63,839 nt of DNA, filler included, from Octopus bimaculoides (GCF_001194135.2; 7 parts of 7 records of this genome joined end to end with filler, not necessarily neighbours in it), one strand, 5' to 3'; numbered from the whole stretch's first letter, positions 46,463-61,159 are shown. Notes: generated by a model from the sequence alone, not told the origin. Program-made: numbers and translations.

Positions 46463-48764
46463 CTGCAACCAACAACAAAACCAAACATGAAATCAGAAAC
46501 TGTTGCAATCATTCCTGCAATGATCATTGCCAGTTCAATTCCTTCATCCCGTTGGAGAGGAACACAAAACCAGCTAATATTTCTAGCTTAATTAGCACTC
46601 TGTTGGTTATGAAGACAAGGGTTCAAGTTGATCGGATCAATGGAAAAGCTTGTTCATGAAATTAATGTGCAAGTGACTGAGCACTCCACTGACACATGTA
46701 CCCTTAAAGTAGTCCACAGAGAAATTAAACATGAGACACAGGAAATGACAAGGCTGACTCCTTTGAATTGCAGGTACAATTCATTTTTGTCAGCTAAGTG
46801 GACTAGAGCAACATGAAACAAATTGTCTTGTTCAAGAGGATAACATTCCACCTGGAATTGAACTCACAACCTTACAATTATGAGCCGAATACGCTAACCC
46901 ATAGGCCACCTGCCAATACAACTAATATTTCTACACTTAAGAACATGGAATCAGTTTGATGAAGCCTGTAGCTTTAATGGTTAACTTGTTTTAGTCATTT
47001 AGCTATGGTCATGATGGAGCACAGCACGGTATTTTTTTTTTTTTTTAAGTCTGGTAATTATTCTATCAGTCACAATTGCCAAACTGTTAAGTTACACAGA
47101 CATAACGAAACCAACACCCATTATCAAGCAATAGGTGGGGGTAACATACATAAATGCAAAGACACACAAACATGTATGTGTGTGTGTTTATAAATATATA
47201 ATGGATAATAAAATGAATGGTTTACACCTGGTAGCTGACTAGTAAAGCATGGTCACTTTCACAGTGATCGTTATGAATATGGCAAATGAAAGACAGAAGA
47301 TGGAATATACGAGAATTTATTATTAATCACAACAATTGTTTCCACACATCTAGCATCGATTCCTCACGGATTTTTCATACTTTTCTCACTGGATTGTGTG
47401 TTCGTTTCCCTTTTTGCCATCTAAGATTTTATTTTTGATCTTCTATATAAATGAAGATATCTCATCCAGTTGGCTGCTTTTCTTTCTACAAAAAGGTAAG
47501 TTACATTGCAGAACAGTTATTTTAATGAGTTGCATTTATTTATCACCTAACAAGATACATCTGCACCACGAGATGCTCCTGAACCAGTTGTTTGAGTGTC
47601 CCACTCATAAGGAATGCTAGATGTGTTGAAACAATTGCTGTGATTAAAAATAAATTNNNNNNNNNNNNNNNNNNNNNNNNNNNNNNNNNNNNNNNNNNNN
47701 NNNNNNNNNNNNNNNNNNNNNNNNNNNNNNNNNNNNNNNNNNNNNNNNNNNNNNNNNNNNNNNNNNNNNNNNNNNNNNNNNNNNNNNNNNNNNNNNNNNN
47801 NNNNNNNNNNNNNNNNNNNNNNNNNNNNNNNNNNNNNNNNNNNNNNNNNNNNNNNNNNNNNNNNNNNNNNNNNNNNNNNNNNNNNNNNNNNNNNNNNNNN
47901 NNNNNNNNNNNNNNNNNNNNNNNNNNNNNNNNNNNNNNNNNNNNNNNNNNNNNNNNNNNNNNNNNNNNNNNNNNNNNNNNNNNNNNATATATATATATAT
48001 ATATATATAGTGTAGGTGTTCAGTTTTTGCTGAGATCTGCACAAATGATTTGCTTATAGTGATCAAACGCATGTGCTCACTCCCTCCATCAAATTGACAT
48101 TGCTAGTACAGGTGTACAGTGTACCATACATCAGATGTTGAAACGATTGTAGCACAATGTGAGATGAAGTGTTTTGCTCAAGAACAGGAATTGAAACCTC
48201 AGCCTCACAATTGTGTGTGCAACACCCTAACCACTAGGCCATATGCCCTCACACAAACACACACACATGATGACTGCTCAGTTACAGGGGTGTAAACAAA
48301 CAAACACTAGTTGTCAAGCAGATGTGGGACAAACACAAAGACACAAACACACACATATGTTAGTTTACACATAGTTTCTGGTTCACTCCTACTGTATGGC
48401 ACTTTGGGCAAATATCTTGTACAATAACCTCTGGCTGACCAATGCCTTGTGAGTGAATTTGGTAAATGAAACTGTGTGAAATTGGTTGATCAAAGGCTAG
48501 TGTAGAAGATACTTGTGCAGTGAACCAGAAACATATAACTAATTTGTTTCCATACAGCACCTAGATTGCTTAATATATAACGTGCTCAATATAGGTGGGC
48601 TCTCTACTTAATTATCCAACTAAAAATTAATGGAAAACAAATAGAAAAAATAGGGAAAGGGATATTTGTTCCTTTGCTTAACAAATTGAAAAAACCCTTG
48701 ATACCTTTCTTTCAGTAGACTACAATATAACAGAGCAGACTTTTAGCATTTAAACTGGCCATCA

Positions 48765-49330
48765 TCATCATCATCATTGTTTAACATCCGCTTTCCATGC
48801 TAGCATGGGTTGGACGATTTGACTGAGGACTGGTGAACCAGGTGGTTACACCAGGCTCCAATCTGATTTGGCAGAGTTTCTACAGCTGAATGCCCTTCCT
48901 AACACCAACCACTCTGAGAGTGCAGTAGGTGCTTTTACGTGCCATCGGCACGAAGGCCAGTCAGGCAGTACTGGCAACGGCCACGCTCAAAATGGTGTCT
49001 TTTACATGCCACCTGCACGGGAGCCAGTCCAGCGGCACTGGCAACGTTCTTGCTCAAATGTCCTTACACGTGCCACCGGCACAAGTGCCAGGGCACCGGT
49101 GCCATCACGATTTCGCTTGCCTCAAAAGGTCTTCGCAAGCCGAGTTTCTGTGTCCAATGAAGGAGACGACGTTGGCATGGGTGCCATCCGTTGGCATGGG
49201 TGCCATCCGTCGAAATTAGTTCGATTCGATTTCACTTGCCTCAACAGGTCTTCGCAAGCGGAGTTTAGTGTCCAACGTAAGAAGGTACACACCCTGGCAG
49301 AGGCCTTCGATTTAGGTCTCACTTGGCTTG
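48765..49330 (-). mobile_element. RTE LINE 3' UTR with internal duplications
   Basis: Reverse complement of the tail; gttggcatgggtgccatcc twice at 49170-49207. Confidence 0.8.
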
Positions 49331-49679
49331 CCGGGTCTTTTAGGTATCACTTGGCTTGCCATATCCAGCCCAAATGTTCTACCTGTTTTATGTTCAAACC
49401 GGTTGGATCCAGCCTCTCATATCTACCCAACAATGCTAGTCTAAAAAATATACAGCCACATAATCAAAATCTGAAGGCTACAAGATAATGCAAGATAAAT
49501 TCAAAACAATGTGAATAAATAAGTGTTACATTTGATAGAATAAGTTGAATACTAAAGAGTTAAGCAATCAGTCATTTAATCAAGTAAACAAATTATTTTG
49601 GGGGGGTCTGGTTAAATATGAGGGGTGTGGGGGATATGAAAGAATAGGTTGTGTAGTAAATTATACATTGTATTTTCCA

Positions 49680-50330
49680 GTACGTAAGCAGATGTGCCAC
49701 TCCCTAAATGTGGAAGGACCCTGTGGAAGAGGTAGGCCCAGGAAGACATGGAATGAGGTGGTGAAGCATGACCTTCGAACATTGGGCCTCACAGAGGAAA
49801 TGACAGGAGACCGAGACCTTTAGAGATATGCTGTGATTGAAAAGACAACTAAAATGAGATTGCAGCCATGGCTGATGCCAGTGTTGCATGTCTGGCCCAT
49901 TTAAGAGTACCCCTGATGTGTCAGGCAATATGATATGCATGAGAAGATCTGTTGAGTCAAGTAAAACCAAAATCATAACTGTAGCCAGTGCCCCACTGAC
50001 TGGCTCCTGATCTGGTGGCATGTAAAATGCATCACCTGAATGTGGGCGATGCCAGTACCCACTGACTGGCTCCTGTGCCGGTGACACATAAAAAGCACTC
50101 TCCGAATGTGATCGATGCCAGGCCCGCCTAAGTGGCTCCTGTGCCGGTGGCACGTAAAAAGCATCGACTACATTCTCGGAGTAGTTGGCATTAGGAAGGG
50201 CATCCAGCTGTAGAAATATTGCCAGATCAGATTGGAGCCTGGTGAAGCCACTGGCTCTCCAGACCTCAGTCAAACCGTCTAACACATGCCAGCATGGAAA
50301 ACGGACATTAAACAAAAATGATGATGATGA
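49680..50330 (+). mobile_element. RTE LINE C-terminus and 3' UTR with a tandem-unit array
   Basis: CHSLNVEGPCGRGRPRKTWNEVVKHDLRTLGLTEEMTGDRDL; four actggctcctgtgccggtggcacgtaaaaagca-like units; (GAT)n. Confidence 0.88.
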
Positions 50331-50334
50331 TATA

Positions 50335-50375
<41 letters not shown>

Positions 50376-50550
50376 AATAAAACATATATCAGAAAAGAAG
50401 CACACTCTAAAGAATAGAGCAGTAATTATTACAACAAAAATTTTTAATTTTGAACATAGAGTTACCAAAGGTTTCATATCCACAAACCCAANNNNNNNNN
50501 NNNNNNNNNNNNNNNNNNNNNNNNNNNNNNNNNNNNNNNNNNNNNNNNNN

Positions 50551-50584
<34 letters not shown>

Positions 50585-50585
<1 letters not shown>

Positions 50586-51037
50586 TATGCTCCGATGGAT
50601 GAGTAATGTCAGTGTGCATACTCGACAGAGTGTAAGTATCTTGAGAGAAAAGTTGAACATAAGAAGCAGCGGTTGTGGTGTGCAAGAGAGACGATTGCGC
50701 TGGTATGGACATGTGGTGAGAATAGCTGCGTGAAAAAGTGCCACACCCTAGCAGTTGAGGGAACCCGTGGAAGAGGTAGGCCCAGGAAGACCTGGGATGA
50801 GGTGGTGAGGTAAGACCTTCGGACATTGGGCCTCACCGAGGCGAAGACTTCTGACTGAGACCTTTGGAAATATGCTGTGCGTGAGAAGACCTGGCAAGCC
50901 AAGTGAGACCTAAATCCAAGGCCTCTGCCAGGGGTGTAGCCAGCTCACTTATGCGTACCTTTCCTTCATTGGACACTAAACTCCGCTTGCAAAGACCTGT
51001 TGAGGCAAGTGAAATCGAAACCAAACTAAATTCGACA
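50585..51037 (+). mobile_element. RTE LINE C-terminal fragment running into a gap
   Basis: LRWMSNVSVH...RLRWYGHVV...GRGRPRKTWDEVV. Confidence 0.85.
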
Positions 51038-51762
51038 NNNNNNNNNNNNNNNNNNNNNNNNNNNNNNNNNNNNNNNNNNNNNNNNNNNNNNNNNNNNNNN
51101 NNNNNNNNNNNNNNNNNNNNNNNNNNNNNNNNNNNNNNNNNNNNNNNNNNNNNNNNNNNNNNNNNNNNNNNNNNNNNNNNNNNNNNNNNNNNNNNNNNNN
51201 NNNNNNNNNNNNNNNNNNNNNNNNNNNNNNNNNNNNNNNNNNNNNNNNNNNNNNNNNNNNNNNNNNNNNNNNNNNNNNNNNNNNNNNNNNNNNNNNNNNN
51301 NNNNNNNNNNNNNNNNNNNNNNNNNNNNNNNNNNNNNNNNNNNNNNNNNNNNNNNNNNNNNNNNNNNNNNNNNNNNNNNNNNNNNNNNNNNNNNNNNNNN
51401 NNNNNNNNNNNNNNNNNNNNNNNNNNNNNNNNNNNNNNNNNNNNNNNNNNNNNNNNNNNNNNNNNNNNNNNNNNNNNNNNNNNNNNNNNNNNNNNNNNNN
51501 NNNNNNNNNNNNNNNNNNNNNNNNNNNNNNNNNNNNNNNNNNNNNNNNNNNNNNNNNNNNNNNNNTATATACAGTGTAAACATTGAAACATTGTCACTCT
51601 CTTTTTGCAAATCCTGCTGCATTTCACATAGAATTTCTGCTCCTCCAAAGTCATTTTGGTATGTAAGTCAACCTATCTTTTTTGATTATAAATTTTGGTC
51701 TGCAAAATGAAAAATTCAACTTGTATGATGGAAAATATGGCAAACAAGTGAATGACACCTAC

Positions 51763-51863
51763 CTAGCTATGTCTATCGTTTCGCTTGGAGTGGTACTGTC
51801 CTTTTGTAGTTTCAATACGTGGTCTAAATACAAGACAGCTAAGTGAGTGTGGTATTTCTCTCT
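51763..51863 (-). CDS. TGFBRAP1: TGFBRAP1 exon: REKYHTHLAVLYLDHVLKLQKDSTTPSETIDIA(R)
   Basis: Acceptor attatctttcag, donor AG|gtaggt; 101 nt, phase 0-2. Contains YHTHLAVLYL, the same motif as vertebrate TGFBRAP1. Confidence 0.93.
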
Positions 51864-52172
51864 CTGAAAGATAATGTGGAGACAAGTACTAATGACAGAG
51901 AATCACTCTAACATGAAACACTTCGTCTGCAGCCATTAATAAAATATCCACTCAAAGCAGATTTGGCTTCTATTTCTAGAAGAGTAAGCAACTATACAGA
52001 GGTTACTTTCACTGGCTTGCAATGATGATGCTGATGGTAGTGGTGATGATGATATCTTGGTTATATCTTTTCTACCAAAAGCATGTGAGATCGTGCAGAT
52101 TATGTAAAAAAAACAAAAACAAATGTACTAAGATACAAAAAAAAGAAAAGAATAGTAAAAAATTCCACAAAC

Positions 52173-52307
52173 CTGTAGTTTTTTCTGAAAGACTAGAAAC
52201 TCAAGGTAAAAAACAACAGCCAAAGGAAAACTATGTAAGAAATCAACAATGGTATCAGGTGCCATCTTATCAGATTCCTCTTCACTTGCAGACCGTTCTG
52301 TGAAAAC
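52173..52307 (-). CDS. TGFBRAP1: TGFBRAP1 (VPS3/VPS39 family) internal exon, first of six visible: VFTERSASEEESDKMAPDTIVDFLHSFPLAVVFYLEFLVFQKKLQ
   Basis: Acceptor ggttttccag and donor CAG|gtttgt; 135 nt, phase 0-0. Peptide matches the recalled human TGFBRAP1 segment VFTKRP...PDDIINCLKKYPKALVKYLEHLV...LQ. Confidence 0.9.
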
Positions 52308-52795
52308 CTGGAAAACCATATAAGAATGAATAAAAATCATAAGCATGATTATTAATTATGAAACAAATTACAGCAATTGCCATTAGAGAATTCCAAAGTT
52401 TGAATAATTTCTTTAATGTCACAAGACATTTCTAACAATCGACTGATGGCCTATATACATATATATCATATAACCATGTCCGTCCTCAATAGCAAGATAC
52501 TTGTTTCTGCCTCTGTGTCTCTCTGTCACACTCTAATTTTTCATTATCTGACACAAAGTCCCCTCCTCCAATGCCCCTGACCCTCTCAAAATTCCTTGTC
52601 TTGCTGGTGGTGGTGCCACGTGAAAAGCACTGAGTCCACTTACCAGAGTGGTTGGTGTTAGGAAGAGTATCCAGTCGTAAAAACCCTGCCAAAACAGACA
52701 CAGTAGCCTGGGGTAGTATTCCACCAGGCTGGCTCCTTTCAACCATCCTGCACATGAATGCATCAAAGACAGATGTTAAATGATGATGATGATGA

Positions 52796-52839
<44 letters not shown>

Positions 52840-54888
52840 TTGTTTAAAAGAGTTCCAACACTGTCTGTTTTTTATGTTTTATTTATATTCCTGCAGAACC
52901 AATGTGGGGTATAGAATATGGAATATACAATATATAATATAATATACAATATATAATATAAAATAAAATAAAATAAAAATGGATGGCACCATGAAAGAAA
53001 GTATTGAATGTAGATGAAATATTGAGTGTTCAATATAAAGGATCAAATATATAANNNNNNNNNNNNNNNNNNNNNNNNNNNNNNNNNNNNNNNNNNNNTT
53101 AATTAATTAANNNNNNNNNNNNNNNNNNNNNNNNNNNNNNNNNNNNNNNNNNNNCATATATATATATATAGATGTACACAAGCACAGACACAACACATAT
53201 ATACATATATATATATAAATGTCACACATACATTTGTACGTGTCTATAGATAATTATGTGTAGATATATATGCACGCATTTACGCACATACATCCGGAAA
53301 AAAGATTGTGCGTGCGAACGTAGAGACTGAGAGAGCGAGAAGGAGGGAGGAAGAGAGAGAGGGGAAAGGAGGGAGAGAGAGAGAGGAAAGGAGGGAGGGA
53401 GCGTGTGGAAAGAGAGATCAGTGAATGGTTGGGAGACGCCCTCCTTATCCCGGGGAATCCCGAAATTCCTTAAAGCAGAATGCGGCACACGGCGTTTTTC
53501 GTCAATATAGACATGTTCAAACACACACAACGCACGTATGTATATGCAAAGTATATATACATATACAACACACGCATGTATATACGCAAATACATAGACA
53601 TATATGTACATATATATATATATATATATANNNNNNNNNNNNNNNNNNNNNNNNNNNNNNNNNNNNNNNNNNNNNNNNNNNNNNNNNNNNNNNNNNNNNN
53701 NNNNNNNNNNNNNNNNNNNNNNNNNNNNNNNNNNNNNNNNNNNNNNNNNNNNNNNNNNNNNNNNNNNNNNNNNNNNNNNNNNNNNNNNNNNNNNNNNNNN
53801 NNNNNNNNNNNNNNNNNNNNNNNNNNNNNNNNNNNNNNNNNNNNNNNNNNNNNNNNNNNNNNNNNNNNNNNNNNNNNNNNNNNNNNNNNNNNNNNNNNNN
53901 NNNNNNNNNNNNNNNNNNNNNNNNNNNNNNNNNNNNNNNNNNNNNNNNNNNNNNNNNNNNNNNNNNNNNNNNNNNNNNNNNNNNNNNNNNNNNNNNNNNN
54001 NNNNNNNNNNNNNNNNNNNNNNNNNNNNNNNNNNNNNNNNNNNNNNNNNNNNNNNNNNNNNNNNNNNNNNNNNNNNNNNNNNNNNNNNNNNNNNNNNNNN
54101 NNNNNNNNNNNNNNNNNNNNNNNNNNNNNNNNNNNNNNNNNNNNNNNNNNNNNNNNNNNNNNNNNNNNNNNNNNNNNNNNNNNNNNNNNNNNNNNNNNNN
54201 NNNNNNNNNNNNNNNNNNNNNNNNNNNNNNNNNNNNNNNNNNNNNNNNNNNNNNNNNNNTGAGAGACATATATATCTACATACATACATATATATATGCA
54301 CACACACATACATACATACATACATACATACATACATACATACGTACCTGTATATGTGTTATGTTTTTGCCCAGTTTTCGTCTATTATTCCTTTCTCTGT
54401 TTAACTTTTGATATATATATATATATATATATGTACACACACACAAACACACACACCAATACATGTATTTGAGAAATTCGCACCAGTAAAATAAAGTATA
54501 TTTGGGGTATAGGCGAAACAGGGTGGGAGATATTCGTGGCTGACATAAGACAAGAACGGGGTGTGTGAGAGTGACTGCATGGAAGGGGTATATAACGACA
54601 AAGGAAGAAAAATTCCAACCCTTTGATGTATTCCGATATAGTCAAGAGACAGGGTGAGGTGGGGGAGGTGTTGAGAATACAAGAACTTGAGAACCGAAGA
54701 GGGATGGTTGTAGGGTTAGAGGAATTATACAGGATGGAGAAGGTGGTGGTGATGATGTAGGTGAAAGAGAGTGAAAACGAAGTCGGGGTAGGAGTGAGAC
54801 AAGTGAATACACACACACACACACACACACACAGTAACTGATGGTACACACACATATATAGACATATATTCATATAAACATACACTCA

Positions 54889-54949
<61 letters not shown>

Positions 54950-55005
54950 ATATACACACATATATCTACATCTGCCTATCTGTGTGTGTGCATGCATATA
55001 TAAAT

Positions 55006-55044
<39 letters not shown>

Positions 55045-55144
55045 NNNNNNNNNNNNNNNNNNNNNNNNNNNNNNNNNNNNNNNNNNNNTTAATTAATTAA
55101 NNNNNNNNNNNNNNNNNNNNNNNNNNNNNNNNNNNNNNNNNNNN

Positions 55145-55179
<35 letters not shown>

Positions 55180-57604
55180 ATATATATACATATATATGCG
55201 TGTGTGTTTGTGCGTGTGTGTGTATGTGTATGTGTAAGTGTATGTAGGCATGTAAGAACTTATGTATCCACTATATATGTCTACTAATTCCTCTAACTAG
55301 CGGCAGCACCATAAAATAGCTTAGTTTTCCTTCAGTTTGCAGTACTTAGTTCACCTCATCCAGTTGGTCTGTCGTCTGAAAGAAGTGAATGGGCTTCACC
55401 AAGGTGATCAGAAGTAGCTGATCGACATAAAGGCTTTCATCGGGGCTCTAATGAACATTTGGGTTATAAGGTAGGGAAAAAAATAGACAAAAGAAAACCA
55501 AACCAAACAGTACTCGTTTCTATACATGCCACACAGTAGCAGTGAATGGAAAAACCAAAACAAGGAAAGACAGTAAGAATATAAGGAAAATTAAGTCAAA
55601 AAGTTGCAGAATAAGTAAACGTGGGTGAAAACCTCGAGACAAGAGACTTTAGCAGGTTTCAACTGGTTATGTTTTTGTTTCCACACCCAATTAACCAGCT
55701 CTGTTTACAACAAAAACACCGACAGATCTTTGAAGTCCTTTAATTGTCGAAACTTTGTTGTTTATTTAGGTTTTTACCTATGTTATTTTCATTTATTTGC
55801 TTTTGTAGATTTTGAGTGAAGTCGAGAATTAGGTGATCCATGTTTTTTTTTAATATCTGTTCTATAGAAAAATCTGGTTCAGGTAATAAAACCTTGGTTG
55901 ATCGAGGCTTTTGTCAAAGCACTTAAATCTACCTGACTCAGTTCGCCTTGATTTTGTTGCTATTGTTGTTGCTATTGTTGTTGTTGATAATGATGGTTAT
56001 GATGATGATTATCTCTATGTTACTCTTGATGAAATACAGCTATGCTAAAAGCAGTTTTGGCCGTGAGAGTCAAACCTTTTTTGTCTATCAGAAACTAAAT
56101 TGTTCAAAGAGACGCAGGTAAGGCCGTGTAAGTCGACTTCAAAACTACGTTGTTTTTTGGTTCGATCCAATGCGTCGCATTTCTACTCGTAGCCACTGGT
56201 CTACTAAACATTGTAAATAAAATTTGCTGGGTTGCCAGAAACTATATAAAATTAAATCGGGGGCTTTACCAGTTTATTGGATGTAGACGTAATCTATTGC
56301 CGGGTTTAACGTTACGCCTGGCAACTGTGTTTAACAAACTGCACTCTTTTTGTAAGCATCTTGGTATGGACTTCCTTCCTTCACCACTTCGATCCTGGTG
56401 CTTAGCTTTATTTAAGATGGCAGGGAAGTACTTAGTGACCTGTGCGTTTGGACCCTTTTCCACGTCAGAGAATTGTCCGATATCAGAATAATCTTATCCC
56501 TGACTTCTTTTCCTACCAGCAGTAGTTTTAAAATGAAACCTTGCTTTAATGAGCATACTTACAATTAAACATTTTTATTTCTTTATTGCCCACAAGGGGC
56601 TAAACATAGAGGGGACAAGCAAGANNNNNNNNNNNNNNNNNNNNNNNNNNNNNNNNNNNNNNNNNNNNNNNNNNNNNNNNNNNNNNNNNNNNNNNNNNNN
56701 NNNNNNNNNNNNNNNNNNNNNNNNGTACCTGTATTTCAAAGGGGCCAGCCTTGTCACATTCCGTGTCATGCTGAATTTCCCCGAGAACTACGTTAAGAGT
56801 ACACGTATCTGTAGAGTGCTCAGCCATTTGCACGTGAATTTCTCGAGCTGGTTGTTCCGTTAATCGGATCAACTGGAACCCTCGTCGTCGTAACCGATGG
56901 AGTGCCACTTAGCTAGTTATCCATCTATGTATCACGCTTAATGTACACACACTGTCGATAGGCCACCAGCCACTGCAGCATTTGTCCTTATAAAGCATCA
57001 CTTACGGACTTACTGTGTTAAAAACACAATGAATGCCAAAGAGACACACAAATTCATCCCAAAAAGAACGTTAGACGCATTTAAGCTTTTGGGGGTCTTT
57101 TAGAAGGTGTATGGTTGCAGCCAGTTACATGCTGAGACAAGAGTTTGTTGTCTCTGATATCAGAAAAAATGAATAAAACATTCACTGATGTTTCAAATAG
57201 TCGCCTAGTTGAATAAAAATCCAATATACACAATTGCGGCACTATTGAATTAGAATAGTCTGGATTTTTAATCAGTCAAGCGACTATTCGCAAATTCAGC
57301 GAAGATTTTATTCACTTTTTCCCTGTATCTGAGACGATGAATTCTCGTCAGATCATGTGGTTGGTTGTAAGCACGCGTCTTCGTAAAGACCTCAAAGGCT
57401 GAAGTACATCTGGTACTTTCGGTGACCGCAGCTGGGACGAATTTTTGTATCTCAATGGTATTTATTATGTTTCTAACATTGCAAGACCATAAAAGCTGTT
57501 ATCTGGGAGCAAATACTGAAGAGATTGGATGATCAGCAATGTGTGCACGTTGTGTATGATACATAGATTTTAATTAATTAAATACCACCTCAACTCTATA
57601 TACT

Positions 57605-57700
57605 GGACACACACAGACACAGACACACACACAGACACAGACACACAGACACAGACACACAGACACACATACAGACACAGACACAGACAGACAGACACAC
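57605..57700. repeat. (ACACAG/ACAG)n compound microsatellite
   Basis: Direct reading. Confidence 0.9.
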
Positions 57701-58923
57701 ATACAAGCGTAGGCATGGCTGTGTGGTTAAGAAGCTCTAGTTAAAATAAACAATGTTATATATATATATATATATNNNNNNNNNNNNNNNNNNNNNNNNN
57801 NNNNNNNNNNNNNNNNNNNNNNNNNNNNNNNNNNNNNNNNNNNNNNNNNNNNNNNNNNNNNNNNNNNNNNNNNNNNNNNNNNNNNNNNNNNNNNNNNNNN
57901 NNNNNNNNNNNNNNNNNNNNNNNNNNNNNNNNNNNNNNNNNNNNNNNNNNNNNNNNNNNNNNNNNNNNNNNNNNNNNNNNNNNNNNNNNNNNNNNNNNNN
58001 NNNNNNNNNNNNNNNNNNNNNNNNNNNNNNNNNNNNNNNNNNNNNNNNNNNNNNNNNNNNNNNNNNNNNNNNNNNNNNNNNNNNNNNNNNNNNNNNNNNN
58101 NNNNNNNNNNNNNNNNNNNNNNNNNNNNNNNNNNNNNNNNNNNNNNNNNNNNNNNNNNNNNNNNNNNNNNNNNNNNNNNNNNNNNNNNNNNNNNNNNNNN
58201 NNNNNNNNNNNNNNNNNNNNNNNNNNNNNNNNNNNNNNNNNNNNNNNNNNNNNNNNNNNNNNNNNNNNNNNNNNNNNNNNNNNNNNNNNNNNNNNNNNNN
58301 NNNNNNNNNNNNNNNNNNNNNNNNNNNNNNNNNNNNNNNNNNNNNNNNNNNNNNNNNNNNNNNNNNNNNNNNNNNNNNNNNNNNNNNNNNNNNNNNNNNN
58401 NNNNNNNNNNNNNNNNNNNNNNNNNNNNNNNNNNNNNNNNNNNNNNNNNNNNNNNNNNNNNNNNNNNNNNNNNNNNNNNNNNNNNNNNNNNNNNNNNNNN
58501 NNNNNNNNNNNNNNNNNNNNNNNNNNNNNNNNNNNNNNNNNNNNNNNNNNNNNNNNNNNNNNNNNNNNNNNNNNNNNNNNNNNNNNNNNNNNNNNNNNNN
58601 NNNNNNNNNNNNNNNNNNNNNNNNNNNNNNNNNNNNNNNNNNNNNNNNNNNNNNNNNNNNNNNNNNNNNNNNNNNNNNNNNNNNNNNNNNNNNNNNNNNN
58701 NNNNNNNNNNNNNNNNNNNNNNNNNNNNNNNNNNNNNNNNNNNNNNNNNNNNNNNNNNNNTTCGGATGTTCTCAAAGTGTAACCGGTCGAAACTGTAAGG
58801 ACGATTTGGAAACTTGACCGATGAGAGAAGGCTGTGAATGACCCGTCCTTGTTTCTTCCTGTCCGTCTTTGTATTGTCTATCTGTCCGCATGTTTTATTG
58901 TCGTCTATTGTGTTCGTGTTCCA

Positions 58924-58972
<49 letters not shown>

Positions 58973-59323
58973 TCCAGTAAGAAGCAAGTGATTCAGGAGT
59001 GAATATTTGCGAAGATATTATTGATACTGTTATTATCTAGGGTAATATAAGTAAATTGATAATAACAGAATTAATACTATAAGCGATTGCAAACCCCCAA
59101 AAGCATTAAATAGCTGAAGAATTAAAAATCGCATACGGTGGACTACTCTAGTTAATATCAGTGTTATTTTTTCGGCGGTTAAATAAGAGTTTTGACTGTT
59201 ATTTTCAGCAGGTAGACATACTCCGTATGTCCTTTGATTAATATACATATAAATGTGTATACACACATATATAAATAAATATATATGAATTTATATATAG
59301 AATACATATATATAGTATATATA

Positions 59324-59373
<50 letters not shown>

Positions 59374-59700
59374 NNNNNNNNNNNNNNNNNNNNNNNNNNN
59401 NNNNNNNNNNNNNNNNNNNNNNNNNNNNNNNNNNNNNNNNNNNNNNNNNNNNNNNNNNNNNNNNNNNNNNNNNNNNNNNNNNNNNNNNNNNNNNNNNNNN
59501 NNNNNNNNNNNNNNNNNNNNNNNNNNNNNNNNNNNNNNNNNNNNNNNNNNNNNNNNNNNNNNNNNNNNNNNNNNNNNNNNNNNNNNNNNNNNNNNNNNNN
59601 NNNNNNNNNNNNNNNNNNNNNNNNNNNNNNNNNNNNNNNNNNNNNNNNNNNNNNNNNNNNNNNNNNNNNNNNNNNNNNNNNNNNNNNNNNNNNNNNNNNN

Positions 59701-59742
<42 letters not shown>

Positions 59743-59747
59743 TATGT

Positions 59748-59782
<35 letters not shown>

Positions 59783-60370
59783 ATCATATATGTATTTATA
59801 TGCATAAAAACATGTGTGAATTTGTGTATCGGTGTACGTATATGTATGCGCGCGGTTGGTCGTCTGTTTGTTTGTTTGCCACAGACACTTTCTACTTCAA
59901 TAGTAATTTCATAGTATTTACGCTTTATTTCAATCTCTCTCCGTGTATTTTCGTTGTAAATCAAAACCATGGCGCCATTCAAGGTTTCGCTTGTTCTGAA
60001 TATAGATAATACTTATTCAAAGCCATGTTTACCTCATTTGTTGTTTAATAAACGAACTAATCCAACGTATCATTAATCGGCCATTCGGTACACTCAATTA
60101 AGGAATGTGTGAATTTCTATCACTGAATACTTAACAAAACATATATTTCGTAAACCAGCTATTCTGGGTTCACGTATCGATGTAGCTGGATTGCTTCCCA
60201 ACCACATGTTTCCGGGTTCAGTTCTACTGCGTGGCACCTGGGGCAAATATCTTCTACTATAGTCTCGGACCGACTTAAAGCCTTATGTGGGCTTTGTAGA
60301 CGGAAACGGAAAGAATCCCTTCGTATCTATCTATCTATCTATCTGTCTGTCAGTCTGCCGGTCTGTCTTT

Positions 60371-60438
<68 letters not shown>

Positions 60439-60775
60439 GTGTGTGGGTCTTGTCTCCCACCACTAGCGCTTGACAACAGGTGTGGTGTGTTTACGTCCCG
60501 TAACTTAGCGGTTCGGCAAAGGAGATTGAGCGAATAAGTACAAAGCCTAAAAGAAAAGGAAAATAAGTACTGGAGTCTATTAGTTCGATTAAAAGAAATT
60601 CTTCAAAACAGTGCTCCAGTATGACTGCAGTCTAACGACTGAAACAAGTAAAAGATAAAAGATAAAATATGTATATATATGTATGCGTGTGTTTCTATAT
60701 ATGTATGTGTATGCTTCAATGTATATATAATATACACACAAGTTGGTCCATACATACATATACAGACACATGTTC

Positions 60776-60816
<41 letters not shown>

Positions 60817-61159
60817 NNNNNNNNNNNNNNNNNNNNNNNNNNNNNNNNNNNNNNNNNNNNTTAATTAATTAANNNNNNNNNNNNNNNNNNNNNNNNNNNN
60901 NNNNNNNNNNNNNNNNTATATATATATACATACATACATACATACATACATACATACATACATACATACATACATACATACATACATACATAAATATCAC
61001 ACACATATACATGCGTGCACGCAAAGGAATAATACGAGTTTAAACCAAAATTCTTAAAACATTGGAGTGGGTATGCTCATTTCCAAATCACAAACATTCA
61101 TACATGCTTATTCATCGTTGCATCTTTAACTAAGCTTGTCACATCTGTCCGACAAATTT

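Noticed and set aside
48868-49488. 206-aa plus-strand ORF
   Set aside because: It is the antisense of the GC-rich RTE 3' UTR, with no protein motif.
55300-56500. Possible decayed Penelope GIY-YIG region on the minus strand
   Set aside because: Only faint remnants (ANFIYNV, RTKKQR) with several stops; too weak to call.
47547-59982. Long ORFs (150-370 aa) in the track across 47.5-48.1, 50.8-51.7, 53.2-54.4, 57.7-58.8 and 59.2-60.0 kb
   Set aside because: They are made of N runs and (TA)n/(TG)n repeats.
59965-60076. Kozak-like aaaaccATGG start on +
   Set aside because: Only a 35-codon frame follows, with no supporting exons.
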